Below, piece by piece: positions 25,548-39,420 of a DNA stretch of 64,000 nucleotides (positions are counted from its first letter, which is position 1; each line of letters starts with the position of its first letter). A model generated the notes under the pieces. It did no database searches. It saw only the letters and a list, made by a program, of their open reading frames with translations, and was not told the DNA's origin. Position numbers and translations under genes: made by a program. This DNA comes from Octopus sinensis (Eukaryota), in assembly GCF_006345805.1 (NCBI RefSeq), contig NC_043006.1, positions 124,001 to 188,000 of the forward strand, in the 5' to 3' direction.

Positions 25548-25865
25548 CTGGCACTCCGTCTGTTACGATGATGAGGGTTCCATTTGATCTAATCAATGGA
25601 ACAGTCTGCTCGTGAAATTAACGTGCAAGTGGTTGAGCACTCCACAGACACGCATACCCTTAACGTAGTTCTCGGGGATATTTAGTATGACACAGAATGT
25701 GACAAGGCTGACCCTTTGAAATACAAGTACTACTCATTTTTGCCAGCTGAGTGGACGGGAGTAACGTGAAATAAAGTGGCTTGCTCAAAGACACAACGTT
25801 CCGCCGGTAATCGAACTCATGACCTTGCGATCGAATACCCTCACTACTAAGCCACGTGCCTTCAC
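25548..25865 (-). mobile_element. SINE variant: tRNA head + middle M2 + family C tail
   Basis: 25551-25725 matches 39048-39225; head ggcacgtggcttagtagtgag...gagttcgattacc on minus strand. Confidence 0.85.
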
Positions 25866-26257
25866 CACCTATGATGAGAGGAACAAATAAAACCCATAGT
25901 CTGGATATAAGTCTTGCGGGTTTCTCCTCAGTTCTCCATAGACGTTCTCCTTTTCCCTATGTTTGATGAGACATCCACATCTGCAGAGTAAGTAATCTCC
26001 ACAACGATGCACAACTTTTGCTCACGCATATTTCTCAATGTTGCTAGCATTCTCTAGCTTGCGGGGTATGGATATGTAGCCATACATAACTTTCCACTAG
26101 CATGATAAGTATTTTCCTTCCAAGTCAAAATTTAAGTAGATCAATCCAGCCACTCTTAATTAACATGGATTAGCTGTAAACTCGGAATATTTGTTCGGGT
26201 GATTTTCGCCTAATCCCCAAAAATTATTACCTTCACTGCTGAGTATCTTTTATTTTT

Positions 26258-26830
26258 TTATCTTTTACTTGTTTCAGTCATTAGACTGCGGCCATGCTGG
26301 GGCACCACCTTGAATTTTTAGTCAAATGCATCGGCCCCCAGCCAGGACTTTTTTTGCTAAGCCTGTTACTTATTCTGTCAGTGTCTTTTGCCGAACCGCT
26401 AAGTCATGGGGACGTAAACACCAACTCTATAAATTAGTAAAAAACACCTTTTATCAATTCAATAATGAAAATTAAATTATATCATTTAGAAAAATTACAT
26501 ATAGAAAGATTAAATATAAGATAAAACATATAACAATGACTAAATAATGTGCAAAATAGTAAATAAAACGTATATATTTGGTAATATATATATATACGAA
26601 ATATATAATATATAATATATAATAAAATGTAAAAAATAAAAAAAATAAAAAGGTAAAAGAGCTATCCTCCTCCGACCTTAAATAATAAGGCTGGGAAGAT
26701 ATCAAGTCAGTCAGAAATTGGCGGAATAGGCTATAGTAAAAGACACTTGCCCTTGGTGCCACGCATTGGGACAGAACCCAGAACCGTATAGTTGGGAAGC
26801 AAGCTTCTTATCACACAGCCTCACCTGCCC
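26258..26830 (-). mobile_element. SINE family A split by an AT-rich segment (parts 26258-26425 and 26728-26830)
   Basis: Tail and head portions in the same orientation on either side. Confidence 0.65.
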
Positions 26831-26894
26831 ATAGTGTACTCATTTCTCTCTTTGTTGTCCAGCAGGTATTGTCAAAGTGACACAATGCAGTACT

Positions 26895-27146
26895 CAGTGC
26901 TCCGCAACCTTCTTTCACTCGCGGTACACTTATATTCCTTTCAAAATTCGGCGGCACACCTGAACTACTCTTTTCAAAATTTGGCGGCACACCTGCACTA
27001 CTCTTTTCAAAATTCGGCGGCACACCTGAACTAAAAATATAACTAAAAGTATAAGGAAAAAAATTATATTCAAATTTCACTGCAGCACACCTAGCATCGT
27101 CTCGTGGCACACCAGTGTGCCGTGACATACCAGTAGGGGAGCACTG
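26895..27146. mobile_element. hAT-like MITE with internal ~33-bp tandem repeats
   Basis: TIR cagtgctcc...ggagcactg; three copies of tttcaaaattcggcggcacacctg; 8-bp TSD not preserved. Confidence 0.7.
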
Positions 27147-27199
27147 GTTTAGAATGATCTTATGCCTCAACCTTCGTTTAACATGCGTCACAGTTGAAG

Positions 27200-27790
27200 T
27201 GGAACTTAGCAGTCATTGTTAGTGTTTTCTTAGTCCTGATGTTCAAGTTGAAGATTTCTTCCAGTGTGCAGTCGAAGATAGCACTGGCACCGCGAAACCA
27301 TTGTGAGCACAGTTTTATTGAATGCAGATAATTCTGACTTCCCGAAGTATTCTTTAGTCATTCTAGCGTTACAGCACCAGCATACGCCATGTTCTTGTTG
27401 ATTGCAAGGTATTTGTAACATTCATCACTTATAATAGGGACATAAGTGACAGACAAGCCATTGATGGCCATATTCCTTGCCCGTTCGACAGCATGAACAA
27501 TCGTTCTGACCAAACTCCATTCCTATTTCCCGTGAGAATTTTGTGGCCATTCATAGCTGCTCCTTTGGTAGAGTTTATGTTTATCAACAAAAAAAAGGTG
27601 TGGTTGAAATTAATCTTTCTTTCATTTGCAGTTCCTATCATGTAATCCTTTGTGTTTCTCGTAAAAGGGCTGACAAAAGGTTCACTGCTGGGACGAAAGG
27701 AATTACAGAGAAGGCGTCACCGCGAAATATTCCTGTTGATAGCCTAATTATGTCGGGGATAATGGTAGTAGCTTCAGTTCTTATCAATAG
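27200..27790 (-). mobile_element. Heavily decayed Dong/R4-type reverse transcriptase fragment
   Basis: Across frameshifts: RLSTGIFRGDAFSVIPFVPAVNLLSALLRE (GIFQGDSLS-like), NHTFF/VDKHKLY (FxDDLKLY-like), DECYKYLAI, RMTKEYFGKSELSAFNK. Confidence 0.75.
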
Positions 27791-27807
27791 TGATCATACC
27801 TAGCTAG

Positions 27808-27846
<39 letters not shown>

Positions 27847-28589
27847 GTGTGTGTGTGTGTGTATAAGAAAGAAAGCGAGACTGCACGCGCGCATGTGTGT
27901 GTGAGGGAGATTGTGTGTGTGTGTGTGTGTTTCAATTAGCGGTTTGGCAAGAGAGACCGATAGAATAAGTAGAAGACTTCATCATCATCATCGTCATCGT
28001 CGTCGTCATCACCATCATCATCATTTACCGTCTGTATTCCATGCTGGCATGGGTTGGTATGGCTTCTACGGTAGAATGCCCTTCCTAACACCAACCGCTT
28101 TTACAGAGTGTACCGGATGCTTTAATCATGTCACCTGCACTAATGAAGTCGACAGGTAGATCGCAAGAAAAAGGACCTATTGACTCCAAAAAAAAAATCG
28201 ACTTCATAAAGATTTTAATATAGTTTTTTTGTTGATTTTGTGAATTTTTCATCAAAGGGAATTCAGTTATTTTTTTCTTTTTACGTAGAGAGTGTAAAGC
28301 AGAAAGAGAAATTTGACTGCTATTTCTTGCACGACCAAGTACAAGCACATTCAATGGTATATCTTATGAATTGTTTCTGTAATAGCCTAGACCTCAATGG
28401 TCAGTGGGGGCGACTGAGGCAAACAAATAAACCGGAGCTACCCAGCTTCCACCCAATTGTCCTTCGTTGAAATCTTAATATAAAACATCCACTTGGCACC
28501 GAGTGTTTTCTTGTCTGCAAAAGGGGAAAAAACAAAACAAAAAAAACAACATATTTACAGATATGTATATGTGTGAGTGTAGATGTGTA

Positions 28590-29111
28590 TATGCATGTAT
28601 GTATGTATGTATGTATGTATGTATGTATGTATGTATGTATGTATGTATGTATGTATGTATGTATGTATGTATGTATGTATGTATGTATGTATGTATGTAT
28701 GTATGTATGTATGTATGTATGTATGTATGTATGTGTGTATGTATGTATGTATGTATGTATGTATGTATGTATGTATGTGTATGTATGTGTATGTATGTAT
28801 GTATGTGTGTATGTATGTATGTATGTATGTATGTATGTATGTATGTATGTATGTGTATGTATGTATGTATGTATGTATGTATGTATGTGTGTATGTATGT
28901 ATGTATGTATTATGTATGTATGTATGTATGTGTATGTATGTATGTATGTATGTATGTATGCATGTATGCATGTATGTGCGTATGTATGTGTGTGTATGTG
29001 TTTGTGTATGTATGCATGTATGCATGTATAATATACATATACGTACATACATGTATATATATGTAAATGTGTGTATCTCTCTCTCTATTTACGCACACAC
29101 ATATACACTTT

Positions 29112-29156
<45 letters not shown>

Positions 29157-29350
29157 CACATACATACATACATACATACATACATGCACACACATACATA
29201 CACACATACATACATACATACATACATACATAGATACATACATACATACATACATACATACATACATACATACACACATACATACATACATACATACATA
29301 CATACATACATACATACATACATACATACATACATACATACATACATACG
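28590..29350. repeat. (TATG)n followed by inverted (CATA)n arrays
   Basis: Seen directly. Confidence 0.95.
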
Positions 29351-29826
29351 GGCCATTACTGGCCAAAACCTTTCTAAGTTATTCTAAGTCATATATATAT
29401 ATATATATTTCTGTGTGTTTGTGTTTGTGTGTATACGTACATAGATATTGTATATATCTATGTCTGTATACACACAAACACAAGCACACTCAAATATACA
29501 TATACATATACGTATAAATACAAACATACATACATACATACATATGTACGTATGTGTTTTTGTACGTATGCACACATGCATATACAATGGACCAACAGCT
29601 GCTCTAGTCTTGAAAAGGAGTATTTTGGGATGATTATATTCGGTGAAAGTGTGTTTTGTGGAAGTAATTTAATGGTAAGAACAAGGAAACAAAATATAAG
29701 AAGTTAAGAACCTATTTACAATAAAGACCTTTACGTCTGGCCGTTTTCCAGGTGATTGGATTTAGGCGTTTGAGTTTGCACCTACATACACACCCGCCTT
29801 CCTGCTAACCTACATATATATATATA

Positions 29827-30219
29827 TCTTTATATATAAAAGTGAAGTTGTGTGTCTGTCTCCTATGATTTAGATTCCTAATTACTCCCACATTTTGCGG
29901 TGCAGTTTAACCAAAAGCGGGTATCTTATAGTCGTGATTCATATCGAACCCTTCTAGGTATTAGCGCGCGTCTACAATGAGTTTACGATTTAAAAAAAAT
30001 TTACCATCATTTTTCCCATTTTTAATGCATTTTTTTGCTATTATATAAGGGAAGTAACTCTCTAAAAATGTATTATTAAATCTCAAAACGCAAAAAGCTA
30101 CAGTAACACCCCCCTTTGTGGTTAGCCATATTGAGATGGCTATTATACTTTACATCTCTAAAAATGCTTATATAGTTATTTCCCTTACAAACCCGAGCAA
30201 CGCCGGGCGATACTGCTAG
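29827..30219 (+). mobile_element. Non-autonomous Helitron
   Basis: A|TC start (tctttatatataaaag), subterminal hairpin cccgagcaacgccggg, CTAG|T end, no TSD. Confidence 0.8.
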
Positions 30220-30257
30220 TACATCATAATACAAACAAACATACATACGGACATATA

Positions 30258-30294
<37 letters not shown>

Positions 30295-30442
30295 CGCCGA
30301 GGAGCCATTAGGAATAAACGAGCTCTCGTTTGTTAAACTAGTTTGAGTTTGTGACATATTTTAACTTAAAATTCACTCCCTTATAATAAATGGTGTAAAA
30401 AAAAAAGACCGAATCCTTCCGGTACTTTTTCTTTTTTGTATT

Positions 30443-30483
30443 CCCAGACGCAGGTTTCTAGCTCTTTGGCCTTCCTCAATGGG
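30443..30483 (-). ncRNA. Degenerate minimal hammerhead motif
   Basis: ccca TTGAGGA aggc-caaaga-gcta GAAA cctgcg TC tggg; C3 replaced by T. Confidence 0.5.
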
Positions 30484-30659
30484 AAATAGCAAAGAGAGAT
30501 AAACCCTGCGCCAACCAGTGATTAGGAATAAACGAACTTTAGGTTGCCATGCTTATCCTCGCCTTTATAACCGATAACATAAACAACAAATTAGGCAAAA
30601 ATATATATAAAAAATGTATATAAATAAAAATAAAAAAACAAATAATCCAAGGATAACTA

Positions 30660-30943
30660 GGGAAGCACTCCGTCGGTTACGACGATGAGGGTTCCGGTTG
30701 ATCCAATCAACGGAACAACCTGCTCGTGAAATTAACGTGTAAGTGTCTGAGCACTCCACAGACACGTGTACCCTTAACGTAGTTCTCGGGGATATTCAGC
30801 GTGACACAGAGAGTGACAAGGCCGGCCCTTTGAAATACAGGTACAACAGAAACAGGAAGTAAGAGTGAGAGAAAGTTGTGGTGAAAGAGTACAGCAGGGA
30901 TCACCACCATCCCCTGCCGGAGCCTCGTAGAGATTTTAGGTGT
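30660..30943 (-). mobile_element. SINE family C, 5'-truncated
   Basis: Near-identical to 39044-39325; perfect 14-bp TSD tccaaggataacta at 30646-30659 and 30944-30957. Confidence 0.95.
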
Positions 30944-32152
30944 TCCAAGGATAACTATTAGTAGGTAGGTAGGTGGTCTTTCAACACAACAGATGACCAA
31001 TTAGAATACGGGACTTTCTAAACTTCCCGCAGGATTTCAGATACTCGATAAACAAAAAGTAACGGAAAATAATAAAGTATTTACACCCGGAAACTTATTA
31101 CTTTTAGTAAAGTACCCCACTTTCTAAACTCTCTAACGAAGCCCAGAGGCACACCAAAGTACCTTAATCTTATCTACCAGATAATTCAGCTCACTGAAGG
31201 GATGGAAGTAAAATGGGGTACTTTACTTATTACTTTTAGTACCGACTGATATCACAGGTATTAATATAAACTCTAACCCACATATTGTGGACCGTTACCT
31301 GAAGCCCTCAACAGAAAACACATCGCATGCTTATATGTATACTAGCATTATGACCCGTCGTTGCCGGGTCATAGTGCTAGTGCATGTATATATGTGTATA
31401 TATATGTGTACATATTACATGTACATCTATATATATACATCTACACATATAATACAAAATACAAAGTTATATCTTGATATCGCTAGTGATAACAATACTC
31501 AAAATATATAACAGACTGGAATTGTTAGCCCGTCTCTTGTAATTTCGATCAATTGTATCTTGTCCTCCCTCTTGTATAGAAGTATGGCTACAATCCAGCC
31601 TACCTCTACTTCGGAGAGGGAGGGCATTTAAATTTTTTTTCCGGGACGTCCTACGTCCCAGATATAAAGGTAAAAATAAAATATTTCCGCTTTGCAAGTT
31701 CGAGTCGAGTACTCCCTTGCACGCTCTGTTGACTCGAACCTTGCTTCTATTGTGGCGAATTTACCGCCTCTGGTTAGATAACTTTCATAGTCGCACCAAG
31801 ACACTTTTCGAAGGTGCTTTCTTCCAGGTGTTCAAATCTTCTTTTTTCTCTACATTGTATACTTTATAGACAATAGTCTTTTCCTTAATTTAATTTTTTA
31901 TTATCCATCTGGACTATTCCATTTCTGCACTCTAATTTCATTTTAAATTTATTCCCATCATGTGAAACCACTTATTCAAGTTCAAATCATTGATGCAATT
32001 TTATACCAATTGCTATTTTTACTTTTGTTATGTTACGTTTATATCATACTTTAGTTTGATTTTAATTATTACTTAAATATATAGATGTACATGTAATATG
32101 TACACATATATATGTATTTATATTTATAACTTGACCTTATGAACTTTCTAAA

Positions 32153-32276
32153 CTCTCTGACGAAGCCCAGAGGCACACCCAAGTACCTTAATCTTATCTA
32201 CCAAACACTTCGGTCCACAGAAGGGATGAAAGTAAAGTGCGGTACTATGACTTCTTGGCTGAAACAGCTGTAAAAT
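32153..32276 (+). ncRNA. Hammerhead motif (family HH3, long stem II), stem I decayed
   Basis: ctct CTGACGA agcccagagg...cttcttggct GAAA cagctg TA; truncated direct copy at 31120-31225. Confidence 0.65.
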
Positions 32277-32624
32277 ACTATTCTACTTTCTATGCTCTAC
32301 GTTATATATCTTAATAATTACTGGTATTTTTATATTTTATATGTTATATATGTATGTATAATGTTATAATTGTTTTTTTTTAATACATAAATAGACATAA
32401 TATAATGTCTAAAAGTTGATCAATACCACCTCTTGATCCCCTCCTCCATTTTTTATTGCTGTATAAATTAAGGGTAAAACAACTTTTTAACCTCACCCAT
32501 TTATTACATTCAGTAGTGGAATTAATAATTGGGTATTCTACCAGCAGTATATTGGATAGATATTATCCCTTAGTTGGTTGGATTCACAACCTCTAACTCT
32601 CTTGGAATTATATATATACACACA

Positions 32625-32713
<89 letters not shown>

Positions 32714-33113
32714 GTTATTATAAATCTTCCACTGAGGAGGGAGCCGGTTTCCAACAAAGATACAAGGCTCCATCTTTGGGATGTAGTTAACACAGACAAA
32801 TTCATACTTGGAACTTGAGAAAAGTCTTGCATATTTTTACTGTTCCACTCACAGATTGCACTTGTAATGTACGAAAGAGCCGGTCGATTTCTCTTTCTGA
32901 AAATCGCAGTTTATCTAGATTCTCCTTTAAGCATTTACTAACAAAACCTACTGATCGAATTAATATTTATATGAATATGAATTCATAGTCTGGATGTAGA
33001 AACTGGAGGTTCCGAAGCAGCTGTCCATAGATATAGTCTTTTTCTTTGATTTTCAAAGAGACATCTATATCTGCAAGCAGCTAGCTATATCTATCTATCT
33101 ATCTATCTATCTG

Positions 33114-33153
<40 letters not shown>

Positions 33154-33819
33154 CTGATACATACATACATACATACATACATACATACATACATACATAC
33201 ATACATACATACATACATACATCCGTATGTATACCTATATTTATGTCTAAGTTAATCGTTTAAGATGTGGATTCTGAGAATCATGCGGCTATCACAGAAA
33301 GCTCCGCGTACAGACTCGGCTAACAGCCCCTATAGTAAACCATTACAAAGAAGTGTAATATAGAGTGTTCATATAACCGATAATCCAAAAGATCGATGAA
33401 GTAAATTTATGAGGAACATATATAAACACAAAGTCAGGAGGTAAGAGAGGTGAAAATATATTTATTTAACTGCTTCCAAAGGATCACGGCCGTTTCGCAA
33501 CCTTCTTCATATAATATTAATTTCAGTATTAAATGTTCATATCACACCATGAGATAAGACAGAGAGACAAAATAAACTGGCAAAAAGATATTAATGGATA
33601 ATTCAAGATCCTGGATTTCTAGCTTTGCTTCAAATAAGCTCTGCTTTCGTCAGTTGAATATATCAGATGGGCACATAAATACAAATATATATATACAGAA
33701 CACACGTTATACTTACATATACGAACGTCCATACATATATATGCACGTATGTACAAGGCCAGTTCAAATCGCCCGCCAATGAGGTGGTTGGCGGGCGATT
33801 TGAATAGGTATATATATAT

Positions 33820-33882
<63 letters not shown>

Positions 33883-33891
33883 TATATACAT

Positions 33892-34303
33892 AACTTATAA
33901 ACAAGGGTATAGAAAAATTATTTCAATGCCAATATGCTGAGAACAGACATTAAATCGTCAATTTCCACATTTATAATATACATTCACTATAGATACACGT
34001 CGTGCTGAAATCGAAGAAAGCTAGCCAACAGAATTCTTTTTTAAAAAAAGTTCGTTATTTAAAAGAAAAAAGTTGTTGGCTAGCTCTCCTCGATTTCAGC
34101 ACGACGTGTATCTATAGTGAATGTATATTATAAATGTGGAAATTGACGATTTAAAGTCTATTTTTCAGCATATTGGTATGGAAATCTTTTTTCCTTTTGC
34201 CCTTGTTTCTAAGTTGTTTATAATTTTAACCTTTAAAGGCATTTTAATATGCTGCCACTTTTTGATGAAATTTTTTTCTGAAAAAATTCCATCCTATATT
34301 ATT
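33892..34303. mobile_element. Foldback/MITE related to 23638-23978, between (TA)n tracts
   Basis: Inverted arms ~33892-34030 / 34072-34216; right end gatgaaatttttttctgaaaaaattccatcctatatta resembles 23938-23976. Confidence 0.8.
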
Positions 34304-34335
34304 AGTAGTATATAAATATATATATATACATATAT

Positions 34336-34441
<106 letters not shown>

Positions 34442-34817
34442 AAAACAGAGTGAGTGAAGATGCGAGAGAGGGATGCCGACGGGAGAGGAATTTTAAACGT
34501 AAATTAATGTTTAAATTTCCATAGAAGTAGTTAGGTTGTGGCATCAGTCACGTTTACTATTCGGGAATTGTTATGAAGTTACTACAACATCGTTGGAACA
34601 TTTCGTCTTTGGACATTGATAACATGAAAATAGACTTGTAACAGTTCCAAAATGAAAACGCACCAGATGTTTCGACAAGTTCAGATACATAACTCATCTG
34701 TGTGTCGTCATCGAAAATAGGTTGGGAAATACTGCGCTGAACGCGTCTGTATTGTTTGTAGGAACTTATCTTAACATTGGAAGACAGCGCGGTATGTGGT
34801 AGCATTATATAATATAT

Positions 34818-35102
34818 TATCATCATCGTCGTCATCATCATCATCATCACCACCACCACCACATCATCATCCCCACCACTATCGTCATCATCATCATCAC
34901 CACCACCACCACCACATCATCATCACCACCACTATCGTCATCATCATCATCACCACCACCACCACATCATCATCCCCACCACCATCGTCATCATCATCAT
35001 CACCACCACCACCATCATCATCATCATCACCACCACCATCATCATTTCCACCACCATCGTCATCATGATCATCATCCTCATCATCACCATCACCACCATC
35101 AA

Positions 35103-35147
<45 letters not shown>

Positions 35148-35210
35148 TATTATTATCATTATTATTATTATTATTATATTATTATTATTATTATTGTTGT
35201 TATTATTATC
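34818..35210. repeat. (CAT/CAC)n grading into (TAT)n
   Basis: Seen directly. Confidence 0.95.
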
Positions 35211-35699
35211 AACAACACTACCGCTTCCAAAAATGAGTGTTTTCTTTCTCTTGTTTTCAGCTAAGAACACCGTGAGGGAGGGAGCGTGTGTAGTATAAAG
35301 TGCAAGATCTCTTCAGTCACCTTTCCACACAAAATGAATTCACGCATCTATTTTGGTCAGAGTAACAACATCAAATGCTGTCTGCACTCGCTCTGTCTGC
35401 TATTCACTTCGATTATTGCCGTAACGCATGCGCGTGGTTGTCGGGTAAGTTTCTTTCTTGTTTTTCTTTCTTTCTTTAAACCGCTTTCTCATCCAACGTC
35501 CGTCTGTCTGTTTGTCAGTCCGTCTATCAGTTGCTCAAACTCTATAAACTTTTTATAGCCAGCGGCAACAACAATCTGAGGTAACAAGTAATGAGTTGCG
35601 CATTCTAACAAAAATAAATAAATAAAAAAGTAAGAGAGAGAGAGAGAGAAACTGTAAATTAGTTTCGTAAATTAGGATATGTTTGAGAACCGTGAATGG

Positions 35700-36345
35700 A
35701 GGTACAAAATGGTGAAACCGTATGGCATATAACCAGCCAAAGTACGTCACGAGCCCAGAAGGAATATAAGAGACGCCACGACCATATAGCAAGGATTGTC
35801 CATTGGACACTTTGCAACAAGTAAGGACTTGAGAGAGCAAAAAATTGGTCCGACCACAAACCCGAAGGCATCATCGAACATGATAATGCGAAGATCCTAT
35901 GGGATTTTATGATTCAGTGCGACCATGAGATGGAGAATAGGAAGCCAGACATAGTGTTAATTGAGAAAGAACGCAAACTATGCTGGATCATAGATAAAGC
36001 ATGCCCAGCTGACAACAAGGTATGCGATAAGGAAGAAAGAAAAGTCGATAGATATAACAGGTTAGCTTGGGAGGTTAAGCAGTTGTGGTCGAGGAAAAAG
36101 TTGGTAGTATAACCAATAATTGTCAGAACCCTGGGAACTGAGTAAAAATCTCGAGAAGTACATGGAACAAATAGGGGTTGCTATAAGGGTGGAGCACTTG
36201 CAGAGAACAGCATTGATTGGAACCGGTCGAATACTCCAGAAGGTGCTCGAAAAATAAGAGGTGTTACCTTAGTTCATTGGTAGTGAACAGCTGACACCGT
36301 AGTACATCTCCAGCGTTAGAAGCAGTGCAAAGGCAACAATAATAT
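35700..36345 (+). mobile_element. Dong/R4-type LINE 3' fragment (zinc-knuckle remnant + restriction-like endonuclease)
   Basis: ETVWHITS..AQKEYKRRHDHIARIVHWTLC, KILWDF, RKPDIVLIEK..IIDKACP (PD..D); ends at a TAA/TAG tract. Confidence 0.85.
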
Positions 36346-36466
<121 letters not shown>

Positions 36467-36590
36467 AATAATAATGGCTTCAAATTTTGCCACAAGGGCT
36501 GCAATTATGGGGCGGGAGACGAGTCGATTACATCGACCCCAGTGTTCAACTGGTACGTATATAATAGTAACAATAATAATAATAATAATA

Positions 36591-36635
<45 letters not shown>

Positions 36636-36661
36636 TTATTATTTTTATTTTTATTATTATA

Positions 36662-37165
36662 AATGCCCTGATGCAGTACCAGGCGGTGGCTCTCATAATT
36701 TTTGAAGTGATTGGAAATGTTATCATGTCCATTGTTTTGCCTTGGTATAAAAGATGGGCTACAGCAAATATTCTGCTCAATACCACAGATTTGCTTGTCA
36801 GTTGAGGATATCCCTTAGTGGTTGACAATATCTGCATTTCTGATCATGGGCAGAAATAGTAGGGGAGGAGTTCATTGTAGTTTGAATAATTCCCCTCTGG
36901 AAACATGGGTATTTCTTTCAACATCCTTAAACAACCCTTATTCAGGGACCTTTTGAGCAAGATGGGCTGCTCGACATGAAGAAAATTCTAACTGCAAGGT
37001 TATGAACTGTTTATCTTGGTATGCGATCGCCATGTTGCGCACATATAGTTGTGATGTATGTGCCTGGTGTACCCTTATCGGACGGGTAGTTATGGTGGGT
37101 ACATTGGGCTTCGTATATTTGTATCCCAGTGTCACTTTGATGGCATGCACTGCCTTCTCACTCAT
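36662..37165. mobile_element. Second, inverted copy of the unclassified repeat at 14869-15426
   Basis: aatgccctgatgcagtaccaggc...cagtgtcactttgatggcatgcactgc; small internal deletions; follows (TTA)n. Confidence 0.8.
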
Positions 37166-37319
37166 GGAAAAGAACACAAATGAGGTTTAAAATTTATGAC
37201 AGCTGTTTCGGTAGAATTTTATTGATGTATTTCATAGATTTCATCATAACATATAACCCACCATCATCGGGTAAAATTTTAAACAGATATTATCTCACCT
37301 GTTTGTACCTGTTTAAAAC

Positions 37320-37401
37320 TTTATCTGATGATAGTGGATTATATGCTATGGTGTAATATATGAATACATCAATAAAATTCTATCGAAACAGCTGTAGTAA
37401 A
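37320..37401 (+). ncRNA. Type-I hammerhead motif within foldback 37170-37424
   Basis: tttat CTGATGA tagtgg...ctatc GAAA cagctg TA gtaaa; mirror copy on minus strand ~37193-37276 has CCGATGA. Confidence 0.7.
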
Positions 37402-37583
37402 TTTTAAGCCCCAATTTGAGTTCTTGCTTTTGTGCCTAGGCCGCACCTAGAACCAGCACTGGGTCAGTTCTGCGATTTACATTGGATTTTGTACTTACAT
37501 ATCTACTGTATCCTACCAACACAATATCTTTACAGTTGTTTTACCTCACTGTGAACTCTACGTTATTGTACCAGGCCATTTCT

Positions 37584-37814
37584 TATTTCTTTATTGCCCA
37601 CAAGGGGCTAAATATAGAGGGGACAAACAAGGAAAGACAAACGGATTAAGTCGATTATATCGACCCCAGTGCGTAACTGGTACTTATTTAATCGACCCCG
37701 AAAGGATGAAAGGCGAAGTCAACCTCGACGGAATTTGAACTCAGAAGGTAATGACAGACAAAATACCGCTAAGCATTTCGCCCAGTGTGCTAACGTTTCT
37801 GCCAGCTCGCCGCC
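37584..37814 (-). mobile_element. SINE family B, full length, tail 1
   Basis: TSD ttgtacc(a/t)ggccatttct at 37566-37583 and 37816-37833. Confidence 0.95.
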
Positions 37815-37890
37815 GTTGTACCTGGCCATTTCTGACGTCCAACGTACTGCTGTGTCTAGATTCTAATGAATCCTATAACTAATCATGACA

Positions 37891-38292
37891 GGCGTGGCTG
37901 TGTGGTAAGTAGCTTGTTTACCAACCACATGGTTCCGGGTTCAGTCCCACTGCGTGGCAACTTGGGCAAGTGTCTTCTACTATAGCCTCGGGCCGACCAA
38001 AGCCTTGTAAGTGGATTTGGTAGACGGAAACTGAAAGAAGCCCGTCGTATATATGTATATGTATGTGTGCGTGTGTGTGTTTGTGTGTCTGTGTTTGTCC
38101 CCCTAGCATTGCTTGACAGCCGATGCTGGTGTGTATTTATGTCCCCGTTAATTAGCGGTTCGGCAAAAGAGACCGATAGAATAAGTACTGGGCTTACAAA
38201 AGAATAAGTCCCGGGGTCGAGTTGCTCGATTAAAGGCGGTGCTCCAGCATGGCCGCAGTCAAATGACTGAAACAAGTAAAAGAGTAAAGAGT
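37891..38292 (+). mobile_element. SINE family A
   Basis: Colinear with 22692-23090. Confidence 0.95.
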
Positions 38293-38608
38293 ATACAAGT
38301 TGGAGCATTTCAGCGCTTATCCATTGGCATCCGTTCACGTCTAAAAGTTGAAGTTAACTTGTGGCGCATTCAAGAAATAGAGATCGATAAAATGAGTCGC
38401 AGGTAAAAGCAAGTGCTAGATCAACGAAGTCTGGTGCTCCAGCATGGTCGCAGTTCAGTGACTCAAACGAGTAAAATGATAACTTGAATGGAAATTCCTG
38501 TCCTTAACTGAGGGCCGCCCAATTTTTCTTGAGTCTCTCTGTCTCCCTCTTCTGTGTTTTCCTCCCCACTCTCACTGCCTCTCTTTCTCTCTCCCTCTTC
38601 TCTCTCTC

Positions 38609-38677
<69 letters not shown>

Positions 38678-39043
38678 GTCTCTGTCAAATTTAACCAGAA
38701 TAACATTATGATTAATTATCATGGGTAGCTTATATCTTAATCATGTAATTGTTGCTAACGCCCAGCGACTTCAGAATGTTGGCTTTATACAGGCACCCTT
38801 TACGCAACACAACGTTCAATAATAATTTATTATGTATATTTAGGGTGTGACAGGAAAACCTGCCATATGTCACATGGCCATTGTTGCGGCGCTAGTTAAG
38901 CAGATGATAATGGCGTTTTCATGTAGCTTAATGCTTTATCATTTTTGTTTTAGCTACCAGCATGGTTTCAACAGGCTATGCTTATTCTGTTGAAATATTT
39001 ATCAACCTGTAAAACGAAGGTGTTTTTTGCCGCACCCTATATT

Positions 39044-39420
39044 GGAAGCACTCCGTCGGTTACGACGACGAGGGTTCCGGTTGATCCGATCAACGGAACA
39101 GCCTGCTCGTGAAATTAACGTGTAAGTGGCTGAGCACTCCACAGACACGTGTACCCTTAACGTAGTTCTCGGGGATATTCAGCGTGAGACAGAGAGTGAC
39201 AAGGCCGGCCCCTTGAAATACAGGTACAACAGAAACAGGAAGTAAGAGTGAGAGAAAGTTGTGGTGAAAGAGTACAGCAGGGATCACCACCATCCCTTCC
39301 GGAGCCTCGTGGAGTTTTAGGTGTTTTCGCTCAATAAACACTCACAACGCCCGGTCTGGGAATCGAAACCGCGATCCTACGACCGCGAGTCCGCTGCCCT
39401 AACCACTGGGCCATTGCGCC
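39044..39420 (-). mobile_element. SINE family C, full length
   Basis: Minus-strand head ggcgcaatggcccagtggttagggcagcggactcgcggtcgtaggatcgcggtttcgattccc (A and B boxes); TSD caccctatatt at 39033-39043 and 39420-39430. Confidence 0.95.

Noticed and set aside
26940-27032. Regularly spaced repeats resembling a CRISPR array
   Set aside because: Contiguous tandem units without unique spacers inside a hAT-like MITE; eukaryotic context, no cas genes.
32728-32775. CTGAGGA followed by a ggagcc/ggctcc stem
   Set aside because: No GAAA or stem III follows, so not counted as a hammerhead.
39345-39420. tRNA-like sequences here and at 44356, 51520 and 57080
   Set aside because: A and B boxes are present but they continue into SINE bodies, several with TSDs; no complete acceptor stem.
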